DNA from: Synechococcus elongatus PCC 6301
GTDB lineage: Bacteria; Cyanobacteriota; Cyanobacteriia; Synechococcales; Synechococcaceae
Reading direction: 5' to 3'
DNA: 32,000 nucleotides
Assembly: GCF_000010065.1 (NCBI RefSeq)
Contig: NC_006576.1
Location: 1,950,001-1,982,000, forward strand
Shown here: piece after piece, positions 1 through 11,131 of the stretch
Layout of the letters: the number at the start of each line of letters is the position of its first letter
Numbering within the stretch: the first letter of the stretch is position 1
Translations under genes and position numbers: made by a program
The notes under the pieces: model-generated
Database searches by the model: none
The model's input: the letters and a program-made list of their open reading frames with translations, nothing else
What the model was told of the DNA's origin: nothing

Positions 1-956
1 CCAAAACAGGGGTGGAGTGTGAGTTCTTCCTTCTGGATGAAACCGGAGATGCGATCGCTGATCCGCGCGATCGCCAGGCGAAACCTTGCTACGACCAGCA
101 GTCCCTGATGCGGCGCTACGACCTGATTACCCAGATCAGTGAAGCGATGGAGGAACTGGGCTGGGGGCCGTATCAAAGTGATCATGAAGATGCCGACGGT
201 CAGTTTGAAATGAACTGGACCTATGCGGATGCGCTAGTCACTGCCGATCGCCAGGCTTTCTTCAAGTACATGGTCAAAACTCTCGCGGAACGGCAAGGAT
301 TAAGGGCTACCTTTATGCCCAAGCCCTTCGCGGATTTGACCGGCAATGGTTGCCACATGCACCTTTCACTCTGGAATCGGGAGGGCACAACCAATACTTT
401 TGTCGATCCGGTTGCGACTGCTCCCCTCTCGACCCTGGGCTATCAGTTTATTGGTGGATTGCTGCATTCGGCGGCATCCCTCTGCGCCCTCACCAACCCA
501 ACCATCAACTCCTATAAGCGGATTAATGCACCGGCGACGACCTCGGGTGCGACTTGGTCTCCGAACGGTATTAGCTACAGTGGCAACAACCGCACCCACC
601 TGATCCGTATTCCCGATGCCGGTCGCTTTGAGTTGCGACTCGCCGATGGGGCTGCTAACCCTTACCTGTTGCCTGCTGCCGCGATCGCTGCCGGCTTAGA
701 TGGTATTCAGAACAAACGCGATCCAGGCCCCCGCTACGACAATGACAACTATGCTCAGCCCTTACCACCCGGCACAGTTCCGACCTTGCCCGAGCATTTG
801 CTGGATGCCCTGCGATCGCTACAAGAAAGCACTGTTCTCACCGAAGGTTTGGGAGCTGCGTTCACAAGTGCATACCTCAAGCTTAAGCATCAGGAATGGC
901 GCAGTTTTTGTGCTGAAATTACCCCTTGGGAGCGCGCTACAACCTTGGATTGCTAG
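1..956 (+). CDS. Glutamine synthetase family protein (C-terminal part; 5' end truncated by window)
   Basis: Translation contains glutamine synthetase catalytic-core signatures (MECEFFLLD, TFMPKPFADLTGNGCHMHLSLW, NRTHLIRIPDAGRFELRLADGAANPYL) and ends ...WERATTLDC. The open frame runs in from the window start. Confidence 0.93.
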   Translation, partial: KTGVECEFFLLDETGDAIADPRDRQAKPCYDQQSLMRRYDLITQISEAMEELGWGPYQSDHEDADGQFEMNWTYADALVTADRQAFFKYMVKTLAERQGLRATFMPKPFADLTGNGCHMHLSLWNREGTTNTFVDPVATAPLSTLGYQFIGGLLHSAASLCALTNPTINSYKRINAPATTSGATWSPNGISYSGNNRTHLIRIPDAGRFELRLADGAANPYLLPAAAIAAGLDGIQNKRDPGPRYDNDNYAQPLPPGTVPTLPEHLLDALRSLQESTVLTEGLGAAFTSAYLKLKHQEWRSFCAEITPWERATTLDC

Positions 957-2040
957 CCCCATTGCCCACCTGTAACCAGCGTTGTAACTGCTGTTCTTCG
1001 TGGCGGCGTAAGCGTTGCCCTTTGCGGGTAAATTGCCGCCGCACGATCGCCGCACCAAACCCCAGTTGTACGTCGGCCCCGAGGGCTTGAAGGGGTACTG
1101 CAGCAGAACTGACGGTAAAGACGGGCAGTCCTTGTAGATCGGGCAATAGGCTCAGCAGAATCACTTCGATTGGCCAAAAGGCGAGTTGCGAATCCTGAAG
1201 CACTAGGGGTTCAACCCCAAGGTCAGCGATCGCGGTTGTCAGCTGCTGGAGTTTGGTGGCACTGTCTCGGGGATGGGGTTTGAGTAGCAGGGCCGACGGG
1301 AGTGACTGGTCAGCCAAAAACTGGCGATAGGCTTCAATCTCAGCCGTAAGGCTGATGTAGGCGCCGTCAGCTTGCTCTGAGAGGTTGGCTGTCAGCAATA
1401 CGCCCCACTCTCGCTGAGCCGTCAGTTGTCTCAAACTGGCGATCGCTTGTGTGGGTAAGGCGTTGGCAAGGGTATGTAGGTAGTCCTCAAGGTCAGACAA
1501 AGGGACTGGCTGGCTGGGGAAGGGAGGTTGGCGATCCCCTGAAAAGATGAAATGACCACCATCGGCTGGAAGTGGTTTGGTAGCTGGTGACCACCAAGAT
1601 CGCAGCCGCGATCGCCAGCCCCGCCGCTGCTGCAGCACAGAGTCGGCAGCCACGTAGACCCCCAGCCCATCGCCGTAGCACAGGCAGCGTGCTGTTGGAT
1701 AAAGCTGTCGCAGAAGTTGTTCTTTCGGACGCCAGCCGGTGGCCAGCCACAGTTCATCGACGGTCTCGAGTCCAATCTCTTGTCGGAGTTGTTGTTGTTC
1801 TAGAGCTGATAGGGAGCGCCCCAGCCAACTGGTAAACCGCTCGGGAGCGATTGCTGATCCCGTCAAACCCGGCTGGAGCTGGGTTGCCATGCGGGCAACT
1901 TCGGCAGAGAAAGCCGCAAAACGATCGCGCGGTGCCCATCCCGAAAAGCAGTAGCGATCGGCTTGGAGTCCTTGACTGCGGAGCGCGGCGATCGCCGCAA
2001 CCAGTTGGGCACTGCCAGGACAGTCGATGAGTCGCCGCAT
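937..2040 (-). CDS. Putative GT-B/polysialyltransferase-like glycosyltransferase (surface glycan)
   Basis: 367 aa ORF with an 'LLLKPHPRDS' motif and a C-terminal 'LPVFTVSSAAVPLQALG' segment reminiscent of alpha-2,8-polysialyltransferase-like proteins. It has an ATGA overlap with the upstream GT8-like gene. Confidence 0.55.
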   Translation of the reverse strand: MRRLIDCPGSAQLVAAIAALRSQGLQADRYCFSGWAPRDRFAAFSAEVARMATQLQPGLTGSAIAPERFTSWLGRSLSALEQQQLRQEIGLETVDELWLATGWRPKEQLLRQLYPTARCLCYGDGLGVYVAADSVLQQRRGWRSRLRSWWSPATKPLPADGGHFIFSGDRQPPFPSQPVPLSDLEDYLHTLANALPTQAIASLRQLTAQREWGVLLTANLSEQADGAYISLTAEIEAYRQFLADQSLPSALLLKPHPRDSATKLQQLTTAIADLGVEPLVLQDSQLAFWPIEVILLSLLPDLQGLPVFTVSSAAVPLQALGADVQLGFGAAIVRRQFTRKGQRLRRHEEQQLQRWLQVGNGASNPRL

Positions 2041-2876
2041 CAGACCTTGACCGGACGCAGTTGCTGCTTAACTTGGCGCAGCCAGGACCGCAAACGCTGC
2101 CGAGTCAGCCAGCGCGGTCGGTTGCCTTCTCGGATATCGTCGCGGACGTTGAAGCGCTTAATCGCTTGGCTAATTTCTGTGTCTGTGAGGATGCCGGAGT
2201 CGAGTGCCTGCTGCATGGCCTTGAACCAGAGGTCGCCGTAGGGATGACCGGGTCGTTTCCAAGGCTGACGCTTGAGGTCGGTGTAATGGATCAGTCGAGT
2301 TTCGCGATCGGCAAAGTCAAAGCTATTCCAGCGTGGATCCAGTGCCCCGATCTGATAGGGGCGTTTGTTCAAAAAGCGCGGTCCCATGCAGGGCAGATCG
2401 CGATAGTCGTAAACACCGGCTTCCAGTTCATCAATGAACTGTTCGAGGGGAAATCGGCAGCGATCGCAATCAAACAGGACGACACTCAAACCCCAGAGAG
2501 CACCAGCGCGATCGGGATAGGCTTCGGCTTTGGCGAGGAAGTCTGCCCCTTCCAGATCAGTGTCAAACAGTTCGCCAATATCGTGTAGGCAAACCACATC
2601 GGAGTCGATGTAGATGGCGCGGCCTTGGTAGCCGCAGAGTTCTGGAATCAAAAAACGGTAGAGGCTAAACTCCGTCGCATTCCAGTACTTGACCCGCAGT
2701 GACATGGGGGCGGGACGGGGTGGCTCTCCTAAAACCTCTAGGGCGTTGTGGGTGCCGTTAAACGCCGTAATTGCCAACGGGCGATCGGTCATCCGTTGTA
2801 GCGAATCGATCGCCACTTGCCGCTCAATGCGGCTGGCTTCTCCGGAACCAATGAAGATGCGAATGGGATCGGCCAT
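2040..2876 (-). CDS. GT8-like glycosyltransferase
   Basis: Starts DPIRIFIGSGEA. Contains CGYQGRAIYIDSDVVCLHDI (DxD-type metal-binding motif), DPRWNSFDF and RLIHYTDLKRQPWKRPGHPYGDLW, as in GT8-like families. Confidence 0.75.
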   Translation of the reverse strand: MADPIRIFIGSGEASRIERQVAIDSLQRMTDRPLAITAFNGTHNALEVLGEPPRPAPMSLRVKYWNATEFSLYRFLIPELCGYQGRAIYIDSDVVCLHDIGELFDTDLEGADFLAKAEAYPDRAGALWGLSVVLFDCDRCRFPLEQFIDELEAGVYDYRDLPCMGPRFLNKRPYQIGALDPRWNSFDFADRETRLIHYTDLKRQPWKRPGHPYGDLWFKAMQQALDSGILTDTEISQAIKRFNVRDDIREGNRPRWLTRQRLRSWLRQVKQQLRPVKV

Positions 2877-2908
2877 GGGGATATCCCCAGCGAGGGTTAT
2901 CGCCCAAG

Positions 2909-3358
2909 CTACTGTGCTGCTGGAGCTGACAGCAAGCCCGATTGTGCCGCTGGCAGAGGTTGCCGCATCGCAGCCTCAGGTGGGGGTGGAATAATGCCGT
3001 AGCCCTGCCACTCGGGCTCAGACTCCCCGCGACAATCAACGCGAAGGCCATAGCGTGCCAATTGATAGCGATACTCTCCGGTCAGGCAGTCGTTATCACC
3101 ATTGGGAATCAAGTTTTGGTCGATCGCATAGCGGATAGCGGCCTCAACCGTCCGATTCGGCGTGGTCTGAGAGTCAGGGGTCGCGAGTGGCAGTGCCCCC
3201 TGGGCCTGCAGAGCTTGTAGACGGGCCTGATGTTCAGCAAAGTCCCATTGAATCCGAAGCCCCATACAACCGAGAAAACCTAGGGCGATTGTGATCATCA
3301 CGATCGGTTCTCGGTAGCGTTGCCAAGTTTTCTGCAGAAAGCGCGATCGCACAGTCAT
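2909..3358 (-). CDS. Hypothetical protein with one N-terminal transmembrane segment
   Basis: 149 aa ORF, N-terminal hydrophobic stretch IVMITIALGFLGCMGL, tightly spaced between two co-oriented glycan genes (4 bp and 32 bp gaps). Confidence 0.65.
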   Translation of the reverse strand: MTVRSRFLQKTWQRYREPIVMITIALGFLGCMGLRIQWDFAEHQARLQALQAQGALPLATPDSQTTPNRTVEAAIRYAIDQNLIPNGDNDCLTGEYRYQLARYGLRVDCRGESEPEWQGYGIIPPPPEAAMRQPLPAAQSGLLSAPAAQ

Positions 3359-3362
3359 GGCT

Positions 3363-5627
3363 TCAGGCGAGCGGAGAACTAGAGGTGGGTAGCCCCTTGG
3401 TTTGGGGAGATCGGCTGGGCATCAAGTGCCCCAGCCACGGTAAGCCCAGCAGGAGGCCAATTAACAGCTGGAGGAGGGGGAGCTTGAAGAAACTGCCCTC
3501 AAACAGGTGGAGTACGAGGCCGGTCACGAGGCTAACTAAGAGCCATTGCCTCAGTAATTGCTGGTCGGCATCGGCTGATTGTTGGATCTGTTGCCAGAGT
3601 CGGATCACAGTGGCTGTCAGCCCGACCAACACGATCGCCAGAACTAGGATGCCGTTATCAGCTAGGAGCTGCAGCACAAAGTTATGAGCGTGTGAGACCC
3701 GATTGAGGGTGAGCGGCGGCTGACAAATGGCGGCAGCTTGACCATAGCCTTGGCCCACCCAGAAACTGACGGGTCCGTTCATCCAAGCTTGACTGACATA
3801 GCAGCGAGCAATCGCGATCCGAGCGGGGTCATAGAACTCGAGGTAACGGCCGACGAGGTCAGGTCGAAGTGCGATGACACCTAGCAATAGGAGGCCAAAG
3901 CCCGGCAGCAGCCAAATCAACGATCGCCGCGATCGGCCTTGCCAGTTGAGGACGCCTGTCATACCAATCGCCAGAACGAACGCTCCCAAGCAAATGCGCG
4001 AGGCGGTTCCGAGGATAATGACGCCACCGGCCAAGCTAGAGAGTAGGTAAAGACCTCGCCAAGTGCGATCTCGCCAAGTTAGCAGCAACGCTGGCACGGT
4101 AGCGATCACAGTCAAAATGCCGACTTGGTTGATGTAGAGATCGCCCATGCTGATGCGAATCGTCCAGTTGATCGCCTGCAAATTCAGCAGTAGCCAGATC
4201 AAGGGGAGAAGACCGATCCAGCGCAGAAGCCGTAGGCTGCGATCGTGCCCGAGACCCGTGGAACCAATTAAACCAAAGCCCAGTAGGACGTAGGCTGACC
4301 AGGTTACTGAGGGATCGAGAGTCGGCTTAGCCCAGAAAGCCGGCGGCAAGAAGATCAAGGCGATCGTCGCCCAACAACCCAAACCGCGCCAATCTCGCTG
4401 CTGAAGCTGCTCAATCACGCAAATCACCAGCCAGCTACCTGCTAAAGGAACGGCCCAAAATGCACTATTGACTTGGAGTGCAAGTGCAACTAGCAAGAGC
4501 CAATCGACCGTTGTAGGGAGGCGAAGTGGTAGCGATCGCGTCCAGGGAATGGCCAAGCTTAGACCCAGCAGTAGAGGTGTTAACCCGCTGTTGAGCCAGT
4601 CGGTCTGAAATAGCAGCATCACGACCCAGAAGCCAAGGAGTGCAGCACCGCCCCCGAGCTGCGATCGCGGTAAATCACTACTGGCGAGCAATTGGCGATA
4701 GCGATCGCCTGCCACAAATCCCAGGGTGAGGACTGCCGCTAGGCCGAGTAGCCCCAACTCTGCCCAGAGTTGTAACAGGCCGCTCATGTTGTCAGCTGTC
4801 TCGCCCGTCAAGGTGCTGCAAGTGGTGGTGACAGATTGCACACCCCGCCCTACCAGCCAACGCAGCAGGTTGTGTTGAATTTGGTCCTGGGCGCAGCGCC
4901 AGAGTAACCCAGCAGGATCCGGTGCCAAAACAGCTGTCGGAAACGGCCAGAGTAGTCCGAGACCAATGCCAGTGCTAATCACCCCCAAACGTCCTAGGGG
5001 CGATCGCGTCCAGGTTCGCCAGAGAGTTATTCCCCAGCGCTGCAGCAGCACCACAATCAGTAGCCCTACCCCCCAGCCGAGACGCAGGGTAAAAGAACCC
5101 AGCCACCAACTTCCGCCCAGACCGATCGCGGCTGCGATACCGAGGGGCCAGCGCCAAGCCGGAGAGAGTCTCTGGGGTTGATCGGTGAAGTTGAAGAGAA
5201 TTGCGATCGCCCACAGCCCAGTCGCCGCCCAAGTCACGGTCAGCATCATGGGATTCAGTGAGTCCGACCAGATCAGAGTCGGCAGGCTGAGCAGCGGGGC
5301 TAGACCCAAGCTCAGCGTCACTTGCGATCGCTGTTGATCGGAAAGGCTGAGCCAACCACTAACGATCACCCCCGTCAGCCAGAGCATCTCACTTTGACCG
5401 ACTGACCAGTCCCGAGTTAAAGCCCGGACGATGGCGGGGCTGCAGAGCAGAGTGGCGATCGCGACGGGTTGCCACGGAAAGCGGCGATCGCGGTTGCTCA
5501 ACGTCTGCCAGATCAGCCACAGCCCCAGACTGGCGAGACTGGCTTCGGGCCAGAGTGGCAGCAGAGTACTGGCAAGCCAGAGGGGAATGACAGAGACCCT
5601 GAACGAGCCGGCTGGAGATGGCATCAT
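3363..5627 (-). CDS. O-antigen ligase/polymerase-like polytopic membrane protein (Wzy/WaaL-type)
   Basis: 754 aa with many predicted TM segments. Large central loop followed by 'FWVGQGYGQAAAICQPPLTLNRVSHAHNFVLQLLADNGILVL', the typical Wzy_C signature (SHAHN...L..NG). Confidence 0.83.
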   Translation of the reverse strand: MMPSPAGSFRVSVIPLWLASTLLPLWPEASLASLGLWLIWQTLSNRDRRFPWQPVAIATLLCSPAIVRALTRDWSVGQSEMLWLTGVIVSGWLSLSDQQRSQVTLSLGLAPLLSLPTLIWSDSLNPMMLTVTWAATGLWAIAILFNFTDQPQRLSPAWRWPLGIAAAIGLGGSWWLGSFTLRLGWGVGLLIVVLLQRWGITLWRTWTRSPLGRLGVISTGIGLGLLWPFPTAVLAPDPAGLLWRCAQDQIQHNLLRWLVGRGVQSVTTTCSTLTGETADNMSGLLQLWAELGLLGLAAVLTLGFVAGDRYRQLLASSDLPRSQLGGGAALLGFWVVMLLFQTDWLNSGLTPLLLGLSLAIPWTRSLPLRLPTTVDWLLLVALALQVNSAFWAVPLAGSWLVICVIEQLQQRDWRGLGCWATIALIFLPPAFWAKPTLDPSVTWSAYVLLGFGLIGSTGLGHDRSLRLLRWIGLLPLIWLLLNLQAINWTIRISMGDLYINQVGILTVIATVPALLLTWRDRTWRGLYLLSSLAGGVIILGTASRICLGAFVLAIGMTGVLNWQGRSRRSLIWLLPGFGLLLLGVIALRPDLVGRYLEFYDPARIAIARCYVSQAWMNGPVSFWVGQGYGQAAAICQPPLTLNRVSHAHNFVLQLLADNGILVLAIVLVGLTATVIRLWQQIQQSADADQQLLRQWLLVSLVTGLVLHLFEGSFFKLPLLQLLIGLLLGLPWLGHLMPSRSPQTKGLPTSSSPLA

Positions 5628-5776
5628 TCGCTAGCGCTCCTCAGTGGGACTGCCGCACAGTTAAAAACAATGCAGGGGCGTTGGGCCACTGGGCTGGTCT
5701 GACCCAAGCTTGGCCCCGAGGGGGGTAGAGCCTGTGCTTTAATGCAGAGCCACATCGCGGCTGCCAAAGTATAGCT

Positions 5777-6748
5777 ATGGCTCCTCTCCTGTTTCGACAA
5801 ATTTTGGATTTAGAAGCAGAGGCGATCCAGCGAGCTGCTGAGCGGGCGGATGCTGAAGCTTTCGCGAATGCGACGCAATTGATTGCCAATTGTTCCGGCA
5901 AAGTAGTGCTCAGCGGGGTTGGGAAGTCGGGTATTATCGCCCGCAAAATTACGGCCACGCTGCTCAGCATTGGCACCCTCTCTGCCTTCCTTCATCCCTG
6001 CGACGCCCTGCATGGTGACCTCGGCATCGTCACTGAGCAAGATGTGGTCGTCATGCTCAGCAATAGTGGCGAAACTGACGAACTGCTGGCGATGCTGCCC
6101 CATCTGCAACGGCGTCAGGTGCCGATCATTGCGATCGTTGGCAATATGCGGTCTACACTGGCGCGGGTTGCTGCCGCTGTTTTGGATGCCTCGGTCGATC
6201 GCGAGGCCTGCCCTTTGAATTTGGCCCCGACGGCTAGCACAACGGTGGCGTTGGCGATCGGAGATGCCTTGGCTGCCCAAGTGATGGACTATCGATCGGT
6301 CACGTCTGAGCAGTTTGCCTTTAATCATCCGGCAGGACGCTTGGGTAAGCGGTTGACCCTAAAAGTGGTGGATGTGATGCATCAAGGGGAAGAGCTGCCG
6401 TTGCTGCCGCCGGAAGCTCGTTTTGTGGAGGTGGTGACGGCAATCAGTCGCGGGGGCTTGGGGGCCGTACCGATCGTGGAAGCCGATGGCCGTTTGTTGG
6501 GCTTGATCACGGATGGTGACCTGCGGCGACTCTTGGAACAGACGAGCCCGGCCAAGCTCGATCAAATTACAGCGGCAGAGTTCATGACGCCTCAGCCAAT
6601 TGCCGTTGAAGGTGACCTACTGGCCTATGATGCGCTGCATTTGATGGAAAACCGTCCGTCTCAAATTTCGGTGCTTCCCGTCGTCGATGCGGCCCAGCGC
6701 TGTCTCGGACTGGTGCGGATTCATGATTTGATCCGCAGTGGGATCTAG
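5777..6748 (+). CDS. kdsD: D-arabinose 5-phosphate isomerase, KpsF/GutQ family (SIS + 2 CBS domains)
   Basis: SGVGKSGIIARKITATLLSIGTLSAFLHPCDALHGDLGIV and LSNSGETDELL (SIS domain), followed by VMHQGEELP...LGAVPIVEADGRLLGLITDGDLRR (CBS). First gene of the kds operon. Confidence 0.95.
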   Translation: MAPLLFRQILDLEAEAIQRAAERADAEAFANATQLIANCSGKVVLSGVGKSGIIARKITATLLSIGTLSAFLHPCDALHGDLGIVTEQDVVVMLSNSGETDELLAMLPHLQRRQVPIIAIVGNMRSTLARVAAAVLDASVDREACPLNLAPTASTTVALAIGDALAAQVMDYRSVTSEQFAFNHPAGRLGKRLTLKVVDVMHQGEELPLLPPEARFVEVVTAISRGGLGAVPIVEADGRLLGLITDGDLRRLLEQTSPAKLDQITAAEFMTPQPIAVEGDLLAYDALHLMENRPSQISVLPVVDAAQRCLGLVRIHDLIRSGI

Positions 6749-6762
6749 GAGCAGCACAGTCC

Positions 6763-8866
<2,104 letters not shown>

Positions 8867-8907
8867 TCTCGGCTTCGATTCGCGATCGCGTTTTGAGAGG
8901 ATCCGTC

Positions 8908-9882
8908 ATGAACCTGTCTCCGATCCGCCTCTTCATTGGCAGCAGTGCCCGCAACCAAGTGGAAGAACGGGTGCTGGTCTACTCGATTCAGCGGCTGACG
9001 CAGCGACCCTTGGAAGTCTGGAGCCTGTTGGGCGATCGCGGTACGGTGCGCCGTCCTGATGGCTCAGAGCTGCCGTTGCCCGAAGCAATTCGCGATCGCC
9101 TGGGCGGTGCCACCCGCTTCTCTACAGCACGCTACGCCATTCCCCATTTCTGTGGCTATGAAGGGCGGGCAATTTACTGCGACTCGGATCAAATTCTGTT
9201 CACGGATTTGGCGGAATTGTTCGATCGCGATTTAGGGAATGCTGCCGTTGCTGCCGTGCCGGTAACTGCTGCGGTCAGCCGTCGTCGTTACGATCGCCGC
9301 CATTTGGCTCCGCTACGGCAACAAAACCACGCCAGCTACCTGACCAGTGTGATGCTGTTGGATTGCGCCCAACTGCGCCACTGGGATCCGCAGGCGATTT
9401 TGGCAGGGCTGTCGGTCGGTGACTACTCCTACACCGATTTGATGTTCTTGGGGCCGCAGTTCTGCGATCGCTTTGGCCTGAAAGTTCAGGATTTGGAATC
9501 CGGTTGGAATCACTTGGATGTGGTGCAGCCGGATACGAAGCTGCTGCACTTCACCGATCTGGAAACCCAGCCCTGGCGCTTTGCCCATCATCCAGCGGCA
9601 GATCTCTGGGAAAAACTCTACCTGGAGGCGATCGCTAGCGGAGCCCTCGATCGCACCACGATTACGGCTGCTCTGCGTGAAGGCGGTGTCTGTCGCCGGA
9701 TTGCGCTGCTGCCCGATTGGTCGGGACGGCGTGGGCGTTGGCTCAATCGCGTTTGGCGCAGTAGCAGTGCGGTTGGTCAGGAATTGCGGGATGCAAGTCG
9801 CGATCGCCTGCATCGACTCAAGCAACAGGGCAAGGCGATTGCCCAGGATTTTTTCGGGAAAAAACCGTCGTTCTCTCCTTAG
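8908..9882 (+). CDS. GT8-like glycosyltransferase, similar in sequence to the 2040-2876 protein
   Basis: MNLSPIRLFIGSSARNQ, CGYEGRAIYCDSDQILFTDLAELFDRDLG, SGWNHLDV, KLLHFTDLETQPWRFAHHPAADLW align by eye with the minus-strand protein. ATG at 8908; the ORF extends upstream to a TTG at 8893. Confidence 0.78.
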   Translation: MNLSPIRLFIGSSARNQVEERVLVYSIQRLTQRPLEVWSLLGDRGTVRRPDGSELPLPEAIRDRLGGATRFSTARYAIPHFCGYEGRAIYCDSDQILFTDLAELFDRDLGNAAVAAVPVTAAVSRRRYDRRHLAPLRQQNHASYLTSVMLLDCAQLRHWDPQAILAGLSVGDYSYTDLMFLGPQFCDRFGLKVQDLESGWNHLDVVQPDTKLLHFTDLETQPWRFAHHPAADLWEKLYLEAIASGALDRTTITAALREGGVCRRIALLPDWSGRRGRWLNRVWRSSSAVGQELRDASRDRLHRLKQQGKAIAQDFFGKKPSFSP

Positions 9883-9965
9883 TTGAGCGACTTCCCCAGC
9901 GGTTAGCTCAGCGTTCTCGTCCGCAGATTGCGGCGCTGATTTACTCGCGAGCTTGTCTGCGGGTC

Positions 9966-11054
9966 TTGGTGCCTTACTTAGAGAGGTTGCGTCAGATTCA
10001 GATGACGACCGCCGGCGATCGCCCGTTTGATCTCTGGCTCCTGCTGCCAACGGAACGGGAAGTCAAAGCCCATGAATTGCGATCGCTAGTGGGCTCTGGT
10101 TGCCACCTATCGCGATCGCTATGGCCACTACGCTATCTCCGTGCTAACCCCCAGCAGAGCGTGGGGCTCTTTTGTCTGGATCATCAGCTCTTCCCCGAGG
10201 CGCATCGCTTGGGAATTCGCGTGGCACGTTGGCTGCGTCAGCAAGGGGTCACGACGATCTGCAGTCAGCACGGTGGCACCGATGCCGAGAGTTTGGCAAG
10301 TTTAGCCTCGTCTGCCTCCGAAACCCTGCTGATTTGGGGGCACTATGCCGAGCAGGTGTTGCGCGATCGCTATCATTGGCAACCTTTGCAGCTCAAAGTC
10401 GTTGGCAATCCGCTCCACGATCGCCTCTTCACGATTCCTAAACCAACTCAGCCTGATTTTGATCAGCCGCTGATTCTCGTGGCTACGACGCTGCAACGGG
10501 AGTACGACGATCGCCCCAACTCCCAGCAGTGCTACCGCGACTATTTGCGCTGTTTGTTTTCAGCCTTAGAAAGCATCAACGGACGGGTGATGATCAAACG
10601 CCATCCCCGCGACCCTCAGCAACCGGATCTCTACGCAGAAGTACTGACTGAATTCCCAGCGTTACAGCAGCGGACGACTCTACTCTGGTCTCAGGATCAG
10701 CCCGATACCTACAGGCTGTTGCAGCAGGCCGATTTGGTGATCAGTCGCGCGTCCACGGTGCTGGAGGAAGCAGACATGCTCGGGAAAGCCACGATTGCCT
10801 TTGATCTCTTTCCAAATGGCCCTGCTAGTCGTTATCTGCATTTGCAAGCATTTCCGAACTTTCAGTGGATTGCAGGTAGTGAAACCACGTCTTTAACAAC
10901 GGCAATCCAGACTGCCCTGGCAACGCCTCAACTGCAGACTGATCAAGATCGCGATCGCTGTATTGCAGCATTTAGCGATCGCCTAGATGGACGCTCAGTG
11001 GAGCGTGGTGTGGCGGTCATTCTGGAGCAGCTCCAGCGGCAGCCCAAGCTTTGA
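9966..11054 (+). CDS. Putative GT-B-type capsule/surface polysaccharide transferase; N-terminus uncertain
   Basis: SQHGGTDAES, LKVVGNPLHDRL, GRVMIKRHPRDPQQPDLY, LLQQADLVISRASTVLEEADMLGKATIAFDL fit a GT-B C-terminal nucleotide-sugar binding region. The frame is open upstream of 9966 but has no ATG/GTG/TTG there. Confidence 0.6.
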   Translation: MVPYLERLRQIQMTTAGDRPFDLWLLLPTEREVKAHELRSLVGSGCHLSRSLWPLRYLRANPQQSVGLFCLDHQLFPEAHRLGIRVARWLRQQGVTTICSQHGGTDAESLASLASSASETLLIWGHYAEQVLRDRYHWQPLQLKVVGNPLHDRLFTIPKPTQPDFDQPLILVATTLQREYDDRPNSQQCYRDYLRCLFSALESINGRVMIKRHPRDPQQPDLYAEVLTEFPALQQRTTLLWSQDQPDTYRLLQQADLVISRASTVLEEADMLGKATIAFDLFPNGPASRYLHLQAFPNFQWIAGSETTSLTTAIQTALATPQLQTDQDRDRCIAAFSDRLDGRSVERGVAVILEQLQRQPKL

Positions 11055-11131
11055 GAGCTTCTGGAACCAAGGCCAGATCATTGGCTTTCCTCGCTAGGAT
11101 CAGGACTTAGGTCTAGTACGAGACGCCTGCC

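Noticed and set aside
2061-2588. 175 aa plus-strand ORF
   Set aside because: Shadow ORF on the antisense strand of the GT8-like gene, which has clear protein motifs.
9846-9866. T6-CGGG-A6 inverted repeat considered as an intrinsic terminator
   Set aside because: It is AU-only in the stem, lies inside the coding sequence before the stop and lacks a trailing U-tract, so a terminator role is weak. It was considered instead with the frameshift hypothesis.
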